Positions 17,508-26,632 of a stretch of DNA of 62,128 nt are shown in pieces. The DNA is taken from contig CP070633.1 of NCBI GenBank assembly GCA_020356085.1, forward strand, positions 916,525 through 978,652, given 5' to 3'. The notes beneath the pieces were generated by a model, which did not search any database, was not told the origin of the DNA, and saw nothing but the letters and a program-made list of their open reading frames with translations. Source of the stretch: Candidatus Coatesbacteria bacterium (GTDB lineage Bacteria; RBG-13-66-14; B26-G2; WVWN01). A program made the translations under genes and the position numbers. Positions within the stretch are counted from its first letter, which is position 1. Each line of letters starts with the position of its first letter.

Positions 17508-18467
17508 CTACGCTTCCTTAACCCAACGGTAAATGGGGAACTTCCTTTCAAATCCGATCTTCTCGTAAAACTTCAGATTAGAATCCATGCGGGCCACTTT
17601 CGCGCCGAGCGCCGCCACGCGGCGCAAGCCCTCCATAACCACTTCCCGGCCCATCCCGATCTGCAGCGATCCTACCGGTTCCACCGTAGCCAGCTTGTTA
17701 TATACGTCTACCCACCCTATAGTGCAAGCCACATACTCGCCGTCCGGCCCGACCACGACGACGTCCAAATCTTTACGGTAATCGGGCGCTCGCTGTAGTT
17801 CCTCGTAAGAAAAGACCGTCGGCCACTCGTTGGGATCCCGATGTTTAAAGCTCAAACCGAATACTTTTCTGCGCCTCTCCAAGTCGTTGTCTTCCGCCAT
17901 GGATTGAAAGCGGTAACCGGGAGGCAAGTTGGTCTCGGGTAGGTCCCTCAAATCGTATTCCAAATAGTGCAAACATGGCTTTTTGTCTCGCACGAAGCCG
18001 CGCCTGGTCGCCACGGCTTCGAGCGCGCCGTCGTGTGCTCCCACGTATATCCTGGTTACGCCCTTTCCGACAAACGTTTGCTCGGCATACGCCAGCATCT
18101 CGGGTAGCAGGTGCTCGTAGTCGGGGCGGCGCTGAAGGAAGGCCTGTCCGAACGAGGGATGCCAAGGCACATACTCGTCAGGGCAGACTACCCCGACGAT
18201 TCCTTCTTTCTCGCTAACCCATAAAACGATGGACTTCTCCCAAAGGCGAATAGCTTCCGTGCTCTTCCGCCCGGTAGCGTCGGGAACGACCTCCGCGGTT
18301 TCGCCGCATCCCCAAGCGCCGAGCATCGGCGCCGCGAAGTAGCGGGCGTAGTTCCAACGCACCAGGTCCCAGTTGACGGCGTACTCGAACCCCCGGTAGT
18401 TCGCCACCAGGAAATCGCGGACCGGCAGAAAGTCCTCAGGTTTATATTTACGAAACCTCGTTTCCAC
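17508..18467 (-). CDS. GNAT-family N-acetyltransferase (putative)
   Basis: 319 aa with a GTG start. The C-terminal region VEPVGSLQIGMGREVVMEGLRRVAALGAKVARMD...FYEKIGF resembles GNAT motif A/B. It is visibly richer in A/T than its flanks. Confidence 0.55.
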   Translation of the reverse strand: METRFRKYKPEDFLPVRDFLVANYRGFEYAVNWDLVRWNYARYFAAPMLGAWGCGETAEVVPDATGRKSTEAIRLWEKSIVLWVSEKEGIVGVVCPDEYVPWHPSFGQAFLQRRPDYEHLLPEMLAYAEQTFVGKGVTRIYVGAHDGALEAVATRRGFVRDKKPCLHYLEYDLRDLPETNLPPGYRFQSMAEDNDLERRRKVFGLSFKHRDPNEWPTVFSYEELQRAPDYRKDLDVVVVGPDGEYVACTIGWVDVYNKLATVEPVGSLQIGMGREVVMEGLRRVAALGAKVARMDSNLKFYEKIGFERKFPIYRWVKEA

Positions 18468-18562
18468 TCCGATCGCTCCGCTCAGCTATACCCACGTTAC
18501 CAAAACCGCGGGGGAACTCGACGCCTTACGAATAGGGCCCGTGACGACTAGGGGATAACCTC

Positions 18563-18695
18563 AATAAGAAAGCCGGCCTGCGGGCCGGCCGGATTTTACG
18601 TAGGGGTATACGTCAACGCGGCCGGGCCCGAGCCCCGCGTACAACTACGACGACTACTACTTCCTGAGAGCGTATCATAAGGCCGTCACAGCGTG
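18563..18695 (-). ncRNA. Candidate ~130-nt sRNA or terminator-containing leader (riboswitch/attenuator) upstream of the GNAT gene
   Basis: Delimited by the promoter at 18702..18729 and the hairpin plus U-tract at 18566..18597. It has no ORF and matches no RNA family I recognise. Confidence 0.35.
18566..18597 (-). terminator. Intrinsic terminator
   Basis: On the minus strand, GCCGGCC-CGCA-GGCCGGC followed by UUUCUUAUU. Confidence 0.6.
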
Positions 18696-18701
18696 CTAGA
18701 T

Positions 18702-18729
18702 ATTATAATCGAAAACCGAAAAAAGTCAA
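18702..18729 (-). promoter_or_regulatory. Near-consensus sigma70-type promoter
   Basis: On the minus strand, TTGACT (18729..18724), a 16-nt spacer, then TATAAT (18707..18702). It lies about 20 nt downstream of the stop of 18751..20742. Confidence 0.6.
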
Positions 18730-18750
18730 GCCGAGAATAGGGGCCGGCGA

Positions 18751-20742
18751 CTAGCGGACGTAACCCAACGCCCGCAACGATCGCTCGAGGCCCGGCGGGA
18801 TGACGGTCTCCGCTGGCGTCAGCGCGCGCCGCCGCGCCGCCTCCCGCCGGCGGGCCAGCTCTCCCCGCAAAAAAGCCAGCGCCGCGGCGTGGTCGGCTTC
18901 CGCGACCAGATTGCGTTCCTGCCGCGGGTCGCCGTCGCGGTCGTACAGGTACTCGAGGCCCGTGTTCTCGTCTTTCAGGTAGAAATAGGCGGGAGAAACC
19001 AATCCGCTCAGCTCCAGCGTGTGCACCGGCGGATCCAGCTTGGGGAAGTGCATCTCGTGAACTCCCTCCAACAAAAGGGTCCGAGGCGGCACGGGCTGCT
19101 CGCCCGTCAGGTAGGGCGTCAAATCCTCGCCCTCCCACGCCTCCGGCGCCGGCTCGCCGACCAGCGCGAGGATCGTCGGCGCGACGTCCAGCAAGTTTAC
19201 CAAACCCGCCACCCGGGCGGGCTCGTAACCGGGCCCCCGAATCAGGAGAGGGATCTCGGCGACTTCCCGATGAAGGGAGGTCGCGTGGAACCAACGGCCG
19301 TGTTCTTTGAACTCCTCGCCGTGGTCCGCGAGGAGGACGAGGATAGGTTCCTCCTCCCCCGCGGCGAGCGGCAGCGCGCGGTCGAGGAAATCGCCCACTA
19401 CGACGTCCATCCGGCGGATTTCGGCGTCGTACAGCGCGACGGAGAGGGCGACCTCCTCTTCTCCGTACGGCGGCACGAAGAACGGGTCGCGGGCGTATTG
19501 TTCGAAGAAGTAATTGCCGACCATTACCGGCTGGAGGCGGTCGGCGGGGAGCCGGTCCATCAACGGCTGCAGCTCCGCGGCATATTCGGGCCGGACGACG
19601 TTGGGATTGTGGGGCTCCATGTAATGCACGAGGAAGAACCGCGGGGCCCCCCCCGAAACGCGGGTCCAGAACTCGAGCCGCCGGTTGAGCTCCAAGCCGT
19701 CGCGCGTCGGGCGCCACAGCGGCCCTAAAAACCGAGGCGTTAAGACGGGCCGCGTCAGGAGACGCGCTACGAACGTGGGGGGGCCGGCCCCCTCCAGGAC
19801 GCTTCCGCCGCCGCCGTTGTCGAGAACGTCGAACCCGTCCGCCATCGCGGCGGGACGCGTGATATTGGGGTTCGCCGATACGCCGAGGGTGGTATAGCCG
19901 GCCGCGCGGAGACGCTCGGCGAGCGTTACCGCCGCCTCCGGCATCCCCACCAAGCGGGAGGTTACGCCGTGCGTGCTCGGCGGAACGGAGGCGAACAGCG
20001 AGGCCATCGCGGGCTTGGTCCAAGAGGAGGTGGTGTAGGCTTCGCGGAACACGACGCTCTCGGCCGCCAGCGCCTCCACGCGCGGCGCGTACGTCCGGAA
20101 GGCGCCGTACGCCCGGAGGCGGTCCGCGCGAAACGCGTCCACCACGACGAGGTAGACGTCGGGCTTGTGGGCCCGCGGGCCGGCCGCCCGCGCGAGGGCC
20201 CAGAGCTCGGCCCCGGCGAACGGAAGCAGCAGCACCAGCGAGAGAACGCGCAACGCGGCGACGCCGCCGACGGTTTTACCGATCCGCCACCGCCCCAGGT
20301 TCCGCATTAGGCTATAGAGCGCGGCCGCCCCCGCGATCCAGGCGACGGTCGTTACCGCGCCGAGCGCCATTATGAACGGCCGCGCCCGCGCGACGTTCGC
20401 GTACATCAAGGGGTGGTCGTAGGTGGCGACAAAACGGGCCACGGCCGCCGTCGTCACGGCGACCGCCAAGACGAAGAACGCCGGCGAGGCCAACGCCACC
20501 TCCCGGCGCCTCACCGCCAGGAGGTAATACGCGGTCGCGGCGACGGCAAAGAGGGCCGTAGTCAAAACCACCAACCACAGCGCCTCGACGCCGAACAGCA
20601 GCTGATAAAAGCGACGCGGGATAGCCCAGAAGCTGCCCTCGCCGCGGAGGGCGCCCAGGCCGTACTCGGCCGCCGCGGCCAAAACGCCTCCGCTAACGGA
20701 GGCGCACGCCACTCGAGCCAGGTATTTACCGTAGGCCTTCAC
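18751..20742 (-). CDS. Membrane-anchored sulfatase / alkaline-phosphatase-superfamily enzyme (LtaS or phosphoethanolamine-transferase-like architecture)
   Basis: 663 aa. About 6 N-terminal TM helices are followed by a catalytic domain that starts PDVYLVVVDAFRADRL (the sulfatase metal and nucleophile region). Confidence 0.7.
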   Translation of the reverse strand: MKAYGKYLARVACASVSGGVLAAAAEYGLGALRGEGSFWAIPRRFYQLLFGVEALWLVVLTTALFAVAATAYYLLAVRRREVALASPAFFVLAVAVTTAAVARFVATYDHPLMYANVARARPFIMALGAVTTVAWIAGAAALYSLMRNLGRWRIGKTVGGVAALRVLSLVLLLPFAGAELWALARAAGPRAHKPDVYLVVVDAFRADRLRAYGAFRTYAPRVEALAAESVVFREAYTTSSWTKPAMASLFASVPPSTHGVTSRLVGMPEAAVTLAERLRAAGYTTLGVSANPNITRPAAMADGFDVLDNGGGGSVLEGAGPPTFVARLLTRPVLTPRFLGPLWRPTRDGLELNRRLEFWTRVSGGAPRFFLVHYMEPHNPNVVRPEYAAELQPLMDRLPADRLQPVMVGNYFFEQYARDPFFVPPYGEEEVALSVALYDAEIRRMDVVVGDFLDRALPLAAGEEEPILVLLADHGEEFKEHGRWFHATSLHREVAEIPLLIRGPGYEPARVAGLVNLLDVAPTILALVGEPAPEAWEGEDLTPYLTGEQPVPPRTLLLEGVHEMHFPKLDPPVHTLELSGLVSPAYFYLKDENTGLEYLYDRDGDPRQERNLVAEADHAAALAFLRGELARRREAARRRALTPAETVIPPGLERSLRALGYVR

Positions 20743-20788
20743 TTATCCGGCCGCCGTTCGATAAGACTGTAGCGGAAGGAGCCCCCAC

Positions 20789-21343
20789 TCACGGGTACCA
20801 ATATCCCCAGCACACGGGGCCCATTTCGGTGATGTCCTTAACCGCCTCGACCTCGAATTCCACGCCCATCATCGCGGGGTCTACCTGGTAATCGTCGATC
20901 TCGACTTTTTTATACTTCGTTCCTTTCAGGTAGCCGACGACGATCCGGACCTGGCGGTTAACGAAGGCCGAATAGCCGCCGCATTTCTCCCAGGCCTCCT
21001 CGGTAAGGTAGTCGTAGATTTTCAGGCGCGAAACTTTCAACGCCGGCGCGCACCCGCTGGCGCGCTTCGCCACGACCGGGTCCCGCTTCTTGTCGAACTC
21101 GTTCCACATCGCGATGTCGTTGGGGTCCAGCGTCTCCTCCACCGTAATGTACGGGACGCTGAAACTGGCGTTGGGCGTAATGAACGAGATAACCGTTACC
21201 ACTTGGTCGTTCTCGTCCATGACGCGGACGCCGGGCCACCCGGTGGAGGGATTATATTGGCCCGAGTACTTCCGCCAGGCGAAAGCGGAAGGTCCGATCA
21301 AGATTATTACGATTAGGATAACGATCCAGGCTCGAAACGTCAT
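20789..21343 (-). CDS. Hypothetical exported or membrane-anchored protein
   Basis: 184 aa with an N-terminal hydrophobic segment (AWIVILIVIILIGPSAFA). It is A/T-richer than its neighbours, and no family was recognised. Confidence 0.45.
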   Translation of the reverse strand: MTFRAWIVILIVIILIGPSAFAWRKYSGQYNPSTGWPGVRVMDENDQVVTVISFITPNASFSVPYITVEETLDPNDIAMWNEFDKKRDPVVAKRASGCAPALKVSRLKIYDYLTEEAWEKCGGYSAFVNRQVRIVVGYLKGTKYKKVEIDDYQVDPAMMGVEFEVEAVKDITEMGPVCWGYWYP

Positions 21344-21447
21344 GGCGCTTACCTCCTCGCGCGGTAAAGGTAGTTCACTATACCATAATTAAACCGGCGG
21401 GCCAAAACATTTTCCGGCCGCGGCTACGGCGCCCGGGTATTATTAGC

Positions 21448-21476
21448 TTGACTTGCCCTCGCCGCCGTGGTACTTT
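21448..21476 (+). promoter_or_regulatory. Putative sigma70-type promoter
   Basis: TTGACT, a 17-nt spacer, then TACTTT, about 50 nt upstream of the ATG at 21525. The ATG is preceded by AGGAGG. Confidence 0.45.
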
Positions 21477-21524
21477 CCCGCCTGTCATAATTTATACATT
21501 TCCCCAACTAGGAGGTTTTCACAC

Positions 21525-22034
21525 ATGCGCACGTTACTAGTAGTTATGGCGGCACTCGCTTTATCGGTCGCTTTCGTCGGCTGCCAAAAGAAAGTCGAAG
21601 AAGAGACCGCCGAAACGGCCGCCCCCGCTATGACGGTGGAGGAGATTAAGGGCAACCTCAAGACCTCGCTCGTGGAGATCGAGGGGCTGCGCGCCGGCGC
21701 CGAAGAACCGAGCGAAGAGCTCGCGGCCGCGTTTAACGACCACGCCGCCAAGCTGGAGGACCTGCACGGCGAAGTCGCGGCGATAGAGGCCCCGGAGGCC
21801 GAAGCCACCGCTTACGAAGAAGCCGCGGCTAAAATAGCCCTCGCCGTCGAGGGGACCAAAGCCCTCGCCACCCTTACGGAAATGGCCCTGGCCGAGGGCG
21901 AGCCGGAAATGACCGAGGAAGAGATTATGCAGTTCAGCGAGGACGCGAAGGCCAAGTGGCTGGAGGCCGTTGAATATGCCGCCCCGGAACTCCTCGCGCC
22001 GGAGGAACCCGTCGAGGAAGAGACCACCGAATAA
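21525..22034 (+). CDS. Acidic Ala/Glu-rich lipoprotein
   Basis: The start is taken at MRTLLVVMAALALSVAFVGC (lipobox), with an AGGAGG RBS 8 nt upstream. The ORF track begins 24 codons earlier. Confidence 0.6.
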   Translation: MRTLLVVMAALALSVAFVGCQKKVEEETAETAAPAMTVEEIKGNLKTSLVEIEGLRAGAEEPSEELAAAFNDHAAKLEDLHGEVAAIEAPEAEATAYEEAAAKIALAVEGTKALATLTEMALAEGEPEMTEEEIMQFSEDAKAKWLEAVEYAAPELLAPEEPVEEETTE

Positions 22035-22058
22035 GGACGCGGACTCTTGTGCTGAGCG

Positions 22059-22086
22059 AAAAAGGCGGCCTTTCGGCCGCCTTTTT
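22059..22086 (+). terminator. Intrinsic terminator
   Basis: A5-GGCGGCC-TTTC-GGCCGCC-T5, 25 nt after the stop at 22034. Confidence 0.85.
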
Positions 22087-22138
22087 AAACCGCCGGCGCG
22101 GCCGGCGTTATTGCGCTTCGGCGCGCAATGTGTTATAA

Positions 22139-23584
22139 ATGCGGCCCATGCGGGTCCTCTTCATCTACAAGGACGTAACGCTCACCGAGCCGATGGGGAT
22201 ACTGTACCTCGCCTCCGCGCTGCAGGCGGCCGGCCACGACGTCGCGCTGGCGCTGTCGGCCCGGCCCGACTTCGAGGCCCGCCTCCGCGAGTTCGCCCCG
22301 GACGTCGTCGGCTACTCCATCACCACCGGCTTCCACCCCTACTACCTCGCGCTCAACCGACGCGTAAAGGATATGCTCGGCCGCCCGGTGGTGGCCGTCG
22401 TCGGCGGCCCCCACGCGACGTTCTTCCCGGAGGTGGTGGAGGAGGAGGGCGTCGACGTCGTGTGCCGCGGCGAGGGCGAGGAGACGATCGTGGACCTGGT
22501 CGAGGCGCTGTCCCGGGGCGAGGACCATACGGCCATCCCCAACCTATGGGTCAAGGAGAACGGGGCGGTCCACCGCAACGAGCTGCGGCCGCTGGTCTGC
22601 GAGCTCGACCGCCTGGCCTTTCCGGCCCGCGAGCTCCTCTACGACTACGACCCCTACATGCACGACGTTACGCTCAAGCACTTCTTCTCGAGCCGCGGTT
22701 GCCCCTACCTCTGCACCTACTGTTTCAACCACAAATTTAACGAGCTCTACCGGGGGAAGGGCGAGATTATCCGCCACCGCTCGGTCGACAACGTCCTGGC
22801 GGAGATCGACGACGTGCGCGCGCGCTACCCGCTGAAATTCGTCCGCTTCCTCTCCGACAACTTCACGATGTCGCGGGAGTGGGTCGCGGAGTTCGCCGAC
22901 AAGTACAGCCGCGACGTCGCGCTGCCGTTCAACTGCCACGTGCGCGCCAACCTGATTGACGCGGCGGTCGCCGCCGACCTCGGCCGGGCCGGCTGCCACT
23001 CGGTCCTGCTGGGCGTCGAGACCGGCGACGACTACCTCCGCAACGAGGTCCTGAAGCGCAAGATGTCGCGGGAGACCATCGTGGAGGCGTGCCGCTACCT
23101 CCGCGAGAACGGCGTCAACGTCTATACCCAGAACATCATCGGCCTGCCCGGCGAGACCTTCGAGCAGGCGCTCGCCACGCTCAAACTAAACCAGGATTGC
23201 CGGCCGGCGTTCGCCTGGGCCTCCCTCTTCATGCCCTACCCGGCTACGGAGTTGGCGCAGTACGCCGTCGCCGGCGGCCATTTCGACGGCGACTACGACC
23301 GCGTCTTCCATACCTTCCACCGCCACTCGGTCCTCCGCTTCGACGACGAGCGGACGCGCCGCCGCCTCACCAACCTCCACAAACTCTTCGGCGTGATGGT
23401 CGAGTGGCCGCTCCTGGGCCGCTTCGCCCGGGCGTTGTGCTCGCTGCCGCCGAACCCGCTGTACAGCGCCGTGTTTAAACTGTGGTACGGCTACACGAAC
23501 CGCCGGCGCATCTTCCCCTATCCGGTGGGCGTCAAGGGCTTCCTAGCCGGCGTTAAACGTTTCTTCCGGAAGGACGAGGCGTAG
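22139..23584 (+). CDS. B12-binding-domain radical SAM protein
   Basis: 481 aa. The N-terminal Rossmann-like cobalamin-binding region is (RVLFIYKDV...MGILYLASALQAAGHDVAL...VVGGPHATF). The radical-SAM cluster motif is SSRGCPYLCTYCFN (CxxxCxxC). Confidence 0.85.
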   Translation: MRPMRVLFIYKDVTLTEPMGILYLASALQAAGHDVALALSARPDFEARLREFAPDVVGYSITTGFHPYYLALNRRVKDMLGRPVVAVVGGPHATFFPEVVEEEGVDVVCRGEGEETIVDLVEALSRGEDHTAIPNLWVKENGAVHRNELRPLVCELDRLAFPARELLYDYDPYMHDVTLKHFFSSRGCPYLCTYCFNHKFNELYRGKGEIIRHRSVDNVLAEIDDVRARYPLKFVRFLSDNFTMSREWVAEFADKYSRDVALPFNCHVRANLIDAAVAADLGRAGCHSVLLGVETGDDYLRNEVLKRKMSRETIVEACRYLRENGVNVYTQNIIGLPGETFEQALATLKLNQDCRPAFAWASLFMPYPATELAQYAVAGGHFDGDYDRVFHTFHRHSVLRFDDERTRRRLTNLHKLFGVMVEWPLLGRFARALCSLPPNPLYSAVFKLWYGYTNRRRIFPYPVGVKGFLAGVKRFFRKDEA

Positions 23585-23586
23585 CG

Positions 23587-25302
23587 TTGGGTATCCGAAT
23601 CCCGCCAGCTTGGTACGTAGTGCTCCTCGCGGCCGTGGCGGGCGCGGCCGCGACGTGCCTCGTTCTCCAACTAAAACAACCCCTCGTCGCGGACGAGCCG
23701 CAGTTCGTCGACGTCGCCTTCTCGCTGGCCCACACCGCGCGGCCGATGGCCTTCTCCGGCTCGACGTGGAACGCCGTCCTGAGCCACCCGCTGCTCTACC
23801 ACTCCCTCCTTGCTGTCCCGGTGGGTTTCGCAGGCAAACTCCCGGAGGCGGCGCGGCTCGTCGGCCTGCTGGCCTTTTTCGCCACCGGCGCCTTCCTGTG
23901 GGCGCTGGCGCGGAAGGTGACGGGAGAGCGGTGGGGGCCGTTCTTGGCCGTCCTGCTCTACGGCCTGCACCCGCTGGCCCTCCAGTCGGCCCTCCTGGTC
24001 GAGATCGACACGACGCTGCTGCCGCTCTTGACGGTCGTCGGCGCATGGTACCTCGCGCGGCGCGGTTTCGACCTGGGCGGAGGCGGGTGGCTCGGCCTGG
24101 GCCTCCTCTTCGGCGTGTCGCTGGCGGCCAAGTTCACCACGCCGCCTCTCTTGCTCGGCGCGCTGGCCTTGTATTACGTGGGCGCGAGGCGGGGGCGGCA
24201 GCTGGCGTACGTGGCCGCGGCGGGAGGCGTGGGCGTCGCGCTGTTCGCCGCGTACTATTTTCCGTACTGCCTCCTCCTCGAGCTGCCCTGGCGGGAGGCG
24301 TTCGCGCACTCGTTCGGCCGCGCAACCGCCGGTGCCGTGACCGGCGGCCTGCTCCTCAAGCGAGCGATCAGACTCCTCCTATGGGTCGGCGTGCCGTTCC
24401 TGTTAACGTTCCTATTGTGGATCTTCCAGCAGGCGAGGCGGCGCCTGGCCCCCGTCAACGCCGCGGTAACGTACGCGGCCCTCGCCTCGCTAATACTCCT
24501 CGCCTTCTACCTGTTCGTCGGCGGCGACGGCTACGGCTTCCCCAAATACCACGCGCCGCTGGTACCGTTGGTCGCGCTGGCGCTGGGGGCGACGTTCGGG
24601 CCGCAACTGGCGCGCGAATCGAAATTTACGGTACTGTTCTTGTCGGGAACGGCTTTTATCTTTTACCTTCTGGTCGCGCGCGACCCGCTGCATTGGCCCT
24701 ACCTGGCGCGGGAGGCTACGGAGGTGCTCGGCGTTCGGGAAGGCGAGGTCCGTAAAGCGCTCGCGCTGACCGGCGCGTTCCTGACGCTGCCGGTAATAGC
24801 GTTCGTCGTGATGACGCGGCGGGGCGGCCGGACGATGTCGTTCGTTATATTGGCCGCGGCCGGCGGCGCCGCGCTGAACGTTTGGCACCTCCGCGCCGAC
24901 TACGAACACCGCTACAACTACGGCGAACGCGGCTTCCGGGAGGCGGTGGCGGCGCTGGAGGGCGGGCCGACCGACATGAACTACCTCCTCCCGGTGGACG
25001 TGGCGTTCGCGACCGGCTACCGCTACCCCCACGGCGCAACGGAGGAGGCCCTGGCCCGGGAGGAGGGGCTTTTCGAATGGGTGGAGGACCCGCGTACGGC
25101 GGCGATCGTGTTACGGGACTCGTACTACTTGCACGCGCCGTACCGGGCCGCGCTCCAGCACCCGTGGGCGCTTACGGTGCTTGAGATGAAGTACGACCTA
25201 AAGCGCTACGGGTCGTTCGCCGTGGCGTGGCGAAAAAAAGAGCTCTACCCCGTCCGCGCGGGCGGCCCGCCGCCGGAGGAAGAACCGATTCTCCTCGAGT
25301 AA
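23587..25302 (+). CDS. GT-C fold membrane glycosyltransferase, ArnT/PMT-like
   Basis: 571-aa polytopic ORF with a TTG start 2 nt after the preceding stop. The first loop has PLVADEPQFVDVAFSLA, followed by HPLLYHSLLAV. Confidence 0.65.
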   Translation: MGIRIPPAWYVVLLAAVAGAAATCLVLQLKQPLVADEPQFVDVAFSLAHTARPMAFSGSTWNAVLSHPLLYHSLLAVPVGFAGKLPEAARLVGLLAFFATGAFLWALARKVTGERWGPFLAVLLYGLHPLALQSALLVEIDTTLLPLLTVVGAWYLARRGFDLGGGGWLGLGLLFGVSLAAKFTTPPLLLGALALYYVGARRGRQLAYVAAAGGVGVALFAAYYFPYCLLLELPWREAFAHSFGRATAGAVTGGLLLKRAIRLLLWVGVPFLLTFLLWIFQQARRRLAPVNAAVTYAALASLILLAFYLFVGGDGYGFPKYHAPLVPLVALALGATFGPQLARESKFTVLFLSGTAFIFYLLVARDPLHWPYLAREATEVLGVREGEVRKALALTGAFLTLPVIAFVVMTRRGGRTMSFVILAAAGGAALNVWHLRADYEHRYNYGERGFREAVAALEGGPTDMNYLLPVDVAFATGYRYPHGATEEALAREEGLFEWVEDPRTAAIVLRDSYYLHAPYRAALQHPWALTVLEMKYDLKRYGSFAVAWRKKELYPVRAGGPPPEEEPILLE

Positions 25303-25338
25303 CGGCCTGGCGTACGAAGGGCAGAGACAGGAGGCACC

Positions 25339-26184
25339 GTGAAACCGCTCGCGGCCTTAATAATGCTCCTAACGTTAACGGCGTCGTTGACTTTAGCCGA
25401 GGAGGGACCCGTGGAAGAAAAAGCCGAATTCCCGGAAACCGAATGGGAAGAGATGCGCGCGCTAATGGAGAAAAAGGGAGCCGACGCCGTTATCGAGTTC
25501 GTCGCCGGCTTCGACGACGAACAACGCCGCCAGCTCTACTCGCTTGCCCAGCGCGGCTTCGCGTACCGCGACTGGGAAGGGAAGAACCTGGACGACCTCG
25601 CTACGGTCGTTCAGGCCGGCATCGCGGAGGGCCTGCGCCAGGCCCGGGCCGAAACCGACGCCGCCAAGGCGGCTAAATTACTCGACTACGCCAACGTCCT
25701 GTCGTACAATCTCGCCGCGGACCTCGCCGAGTGCTGGCCCGGCGATACGCTCCCGCGCGATAAACGCCACTTCGAGGCGGGCCTGAAGGCCGCCGCCGAC
25801 TGCCTCCGCTGGCGGGAGGAACTCGGGAAAGGCCCCTTCCCGTTCTCGATCGCCTACTGGGCCCACGGCATGCACCTCCTGTCGTTGGGCGAAACGCACG
25901 CCGCGCTCGAGGATTTCCGCAAATCGTACAAATTCGCCGTCGAATTCGCGAAGGCCGAAGGGAAGGACACCTCGCTGTCCGCGGAGGGCGAGTTCGGCGT
26001 ACTGCTGGCCGCCGGCTACGTCGGCCTGGCGGAATGGGTGCTGGGCGAAGACGCCGAAAAAGCGCATTACGAGGAGGCGATCAGCGCCTTCAAAGAGGGG
26101 GCGGAGAAATACCCGGACAAGAAGGACGATTTCCAATTCGGGATCGACCAGCTCGAGTGGGTTAAAGGGAAATTCATAAAATAA
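25339..26184 (+). CDS. Secreted helical-repeat protein (hypothetical)
   Basis: 281 aa with a signal peptide (LIMLLTLTASLTLAEE). The sequence is helix-rich and TPR-like, and no family was recognised. Confidence 0.5.
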   Translation: MKPLAALIMLLTLTASLTLAEEGPVEEKAEFPETEWEEMRALMEKKGADAVIEFVAGFDDEQRRQLYSLAQRGFAYRDWEGKNLDDLATVVQAGIAEGLRQARAETDAAKAAKLLDYANVLSYNLAADLAECWPGDTLPRDKRHFEAGLKAAADCLRWREELGKGPFPFSIAYWAHGMHLLSLGETHAALEDFRKSYKFAVEFAKAEGKDTSLSAEGEFGVLLAAGYVGLAEWVLGEDAEKAHYEEAISAFKEGAEKYPDKKDDFQFGIDQLEWVKGKFIK

Positions 26185-26218
26185 CCCGTTAAACGGACCA
26201 TCGCCGGAAGGAGGCGTC

Positions 26219-26593
26219 ATGCACGAAATATGCCACGTCGAGATTCCCTCCACCGACCACGCGAAGTCGAAGGAGTTTTACGAGAAGCTCTTCGGGTGGA
26301 AAGTGGAGCTGATTCCGGAGATGAACTACGCCATGTGGGAGGCGCCGGAGGGCCCGGGCGGCGGCTTTAACCTGGTGAAAGAGCCCTGCTCGTGCGAGGA
26401 GGGCTGCTGCCTGGTGTACATCCTGGTCGCCTCCGTCGACGACAAGGTGAAGGAGATCGAGGCCGCGGGCGGCAAGGTGCTCAAAGGGAAGACCGCCGTC
26501 GGCGACATGGGCTGGTTCGCGACGTTCCAGGACCCGGCGGGAGGCGTCGCCGCGCTGTACGAGAGCGCCAAGAAAGAACAAGCCGCGGCGTAA
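26219..26593 (+). CDS. VOC-family (glyoxalase/bleomycin-resistance/dioxygenase fold) protein
   Basis: 124 aa. MHEICHVEIPSTDHAKSKEFYEKLFGWKVE... is a typical VOC N-terminus. The RBS is GGAAGGAGG. Confidence 0.8.
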   Translation: MHEICHVEIPSTDHAKSKEFYEKLFGWKVELIPEMNYAMWEAPEGPGGGFNLVKEPCSCEEGCCLVYILVASVDDKVKEIEAAGGKVLKGKTAVGDMGWFATFQDPAGGVAALYESAKKEQAAA

Positions 26594-26632
26594 ACCGCTC
26601 CGTGGTCGGAGGGTAACGCAAGCCAGGGGGAC

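Noticed and set aside
22139-23584. Hopanoid side-chain pathway, with the B12-rSAM as HpnJ/HpnP and the YdjC-type gene at 56003..56851 as HpnK.
   Set aside because: The window has no squalene-hopene cyclase, HpnH or HpnG, and no HpnI-type GT2. The two genes are 32 kb apart in unrelated operons.
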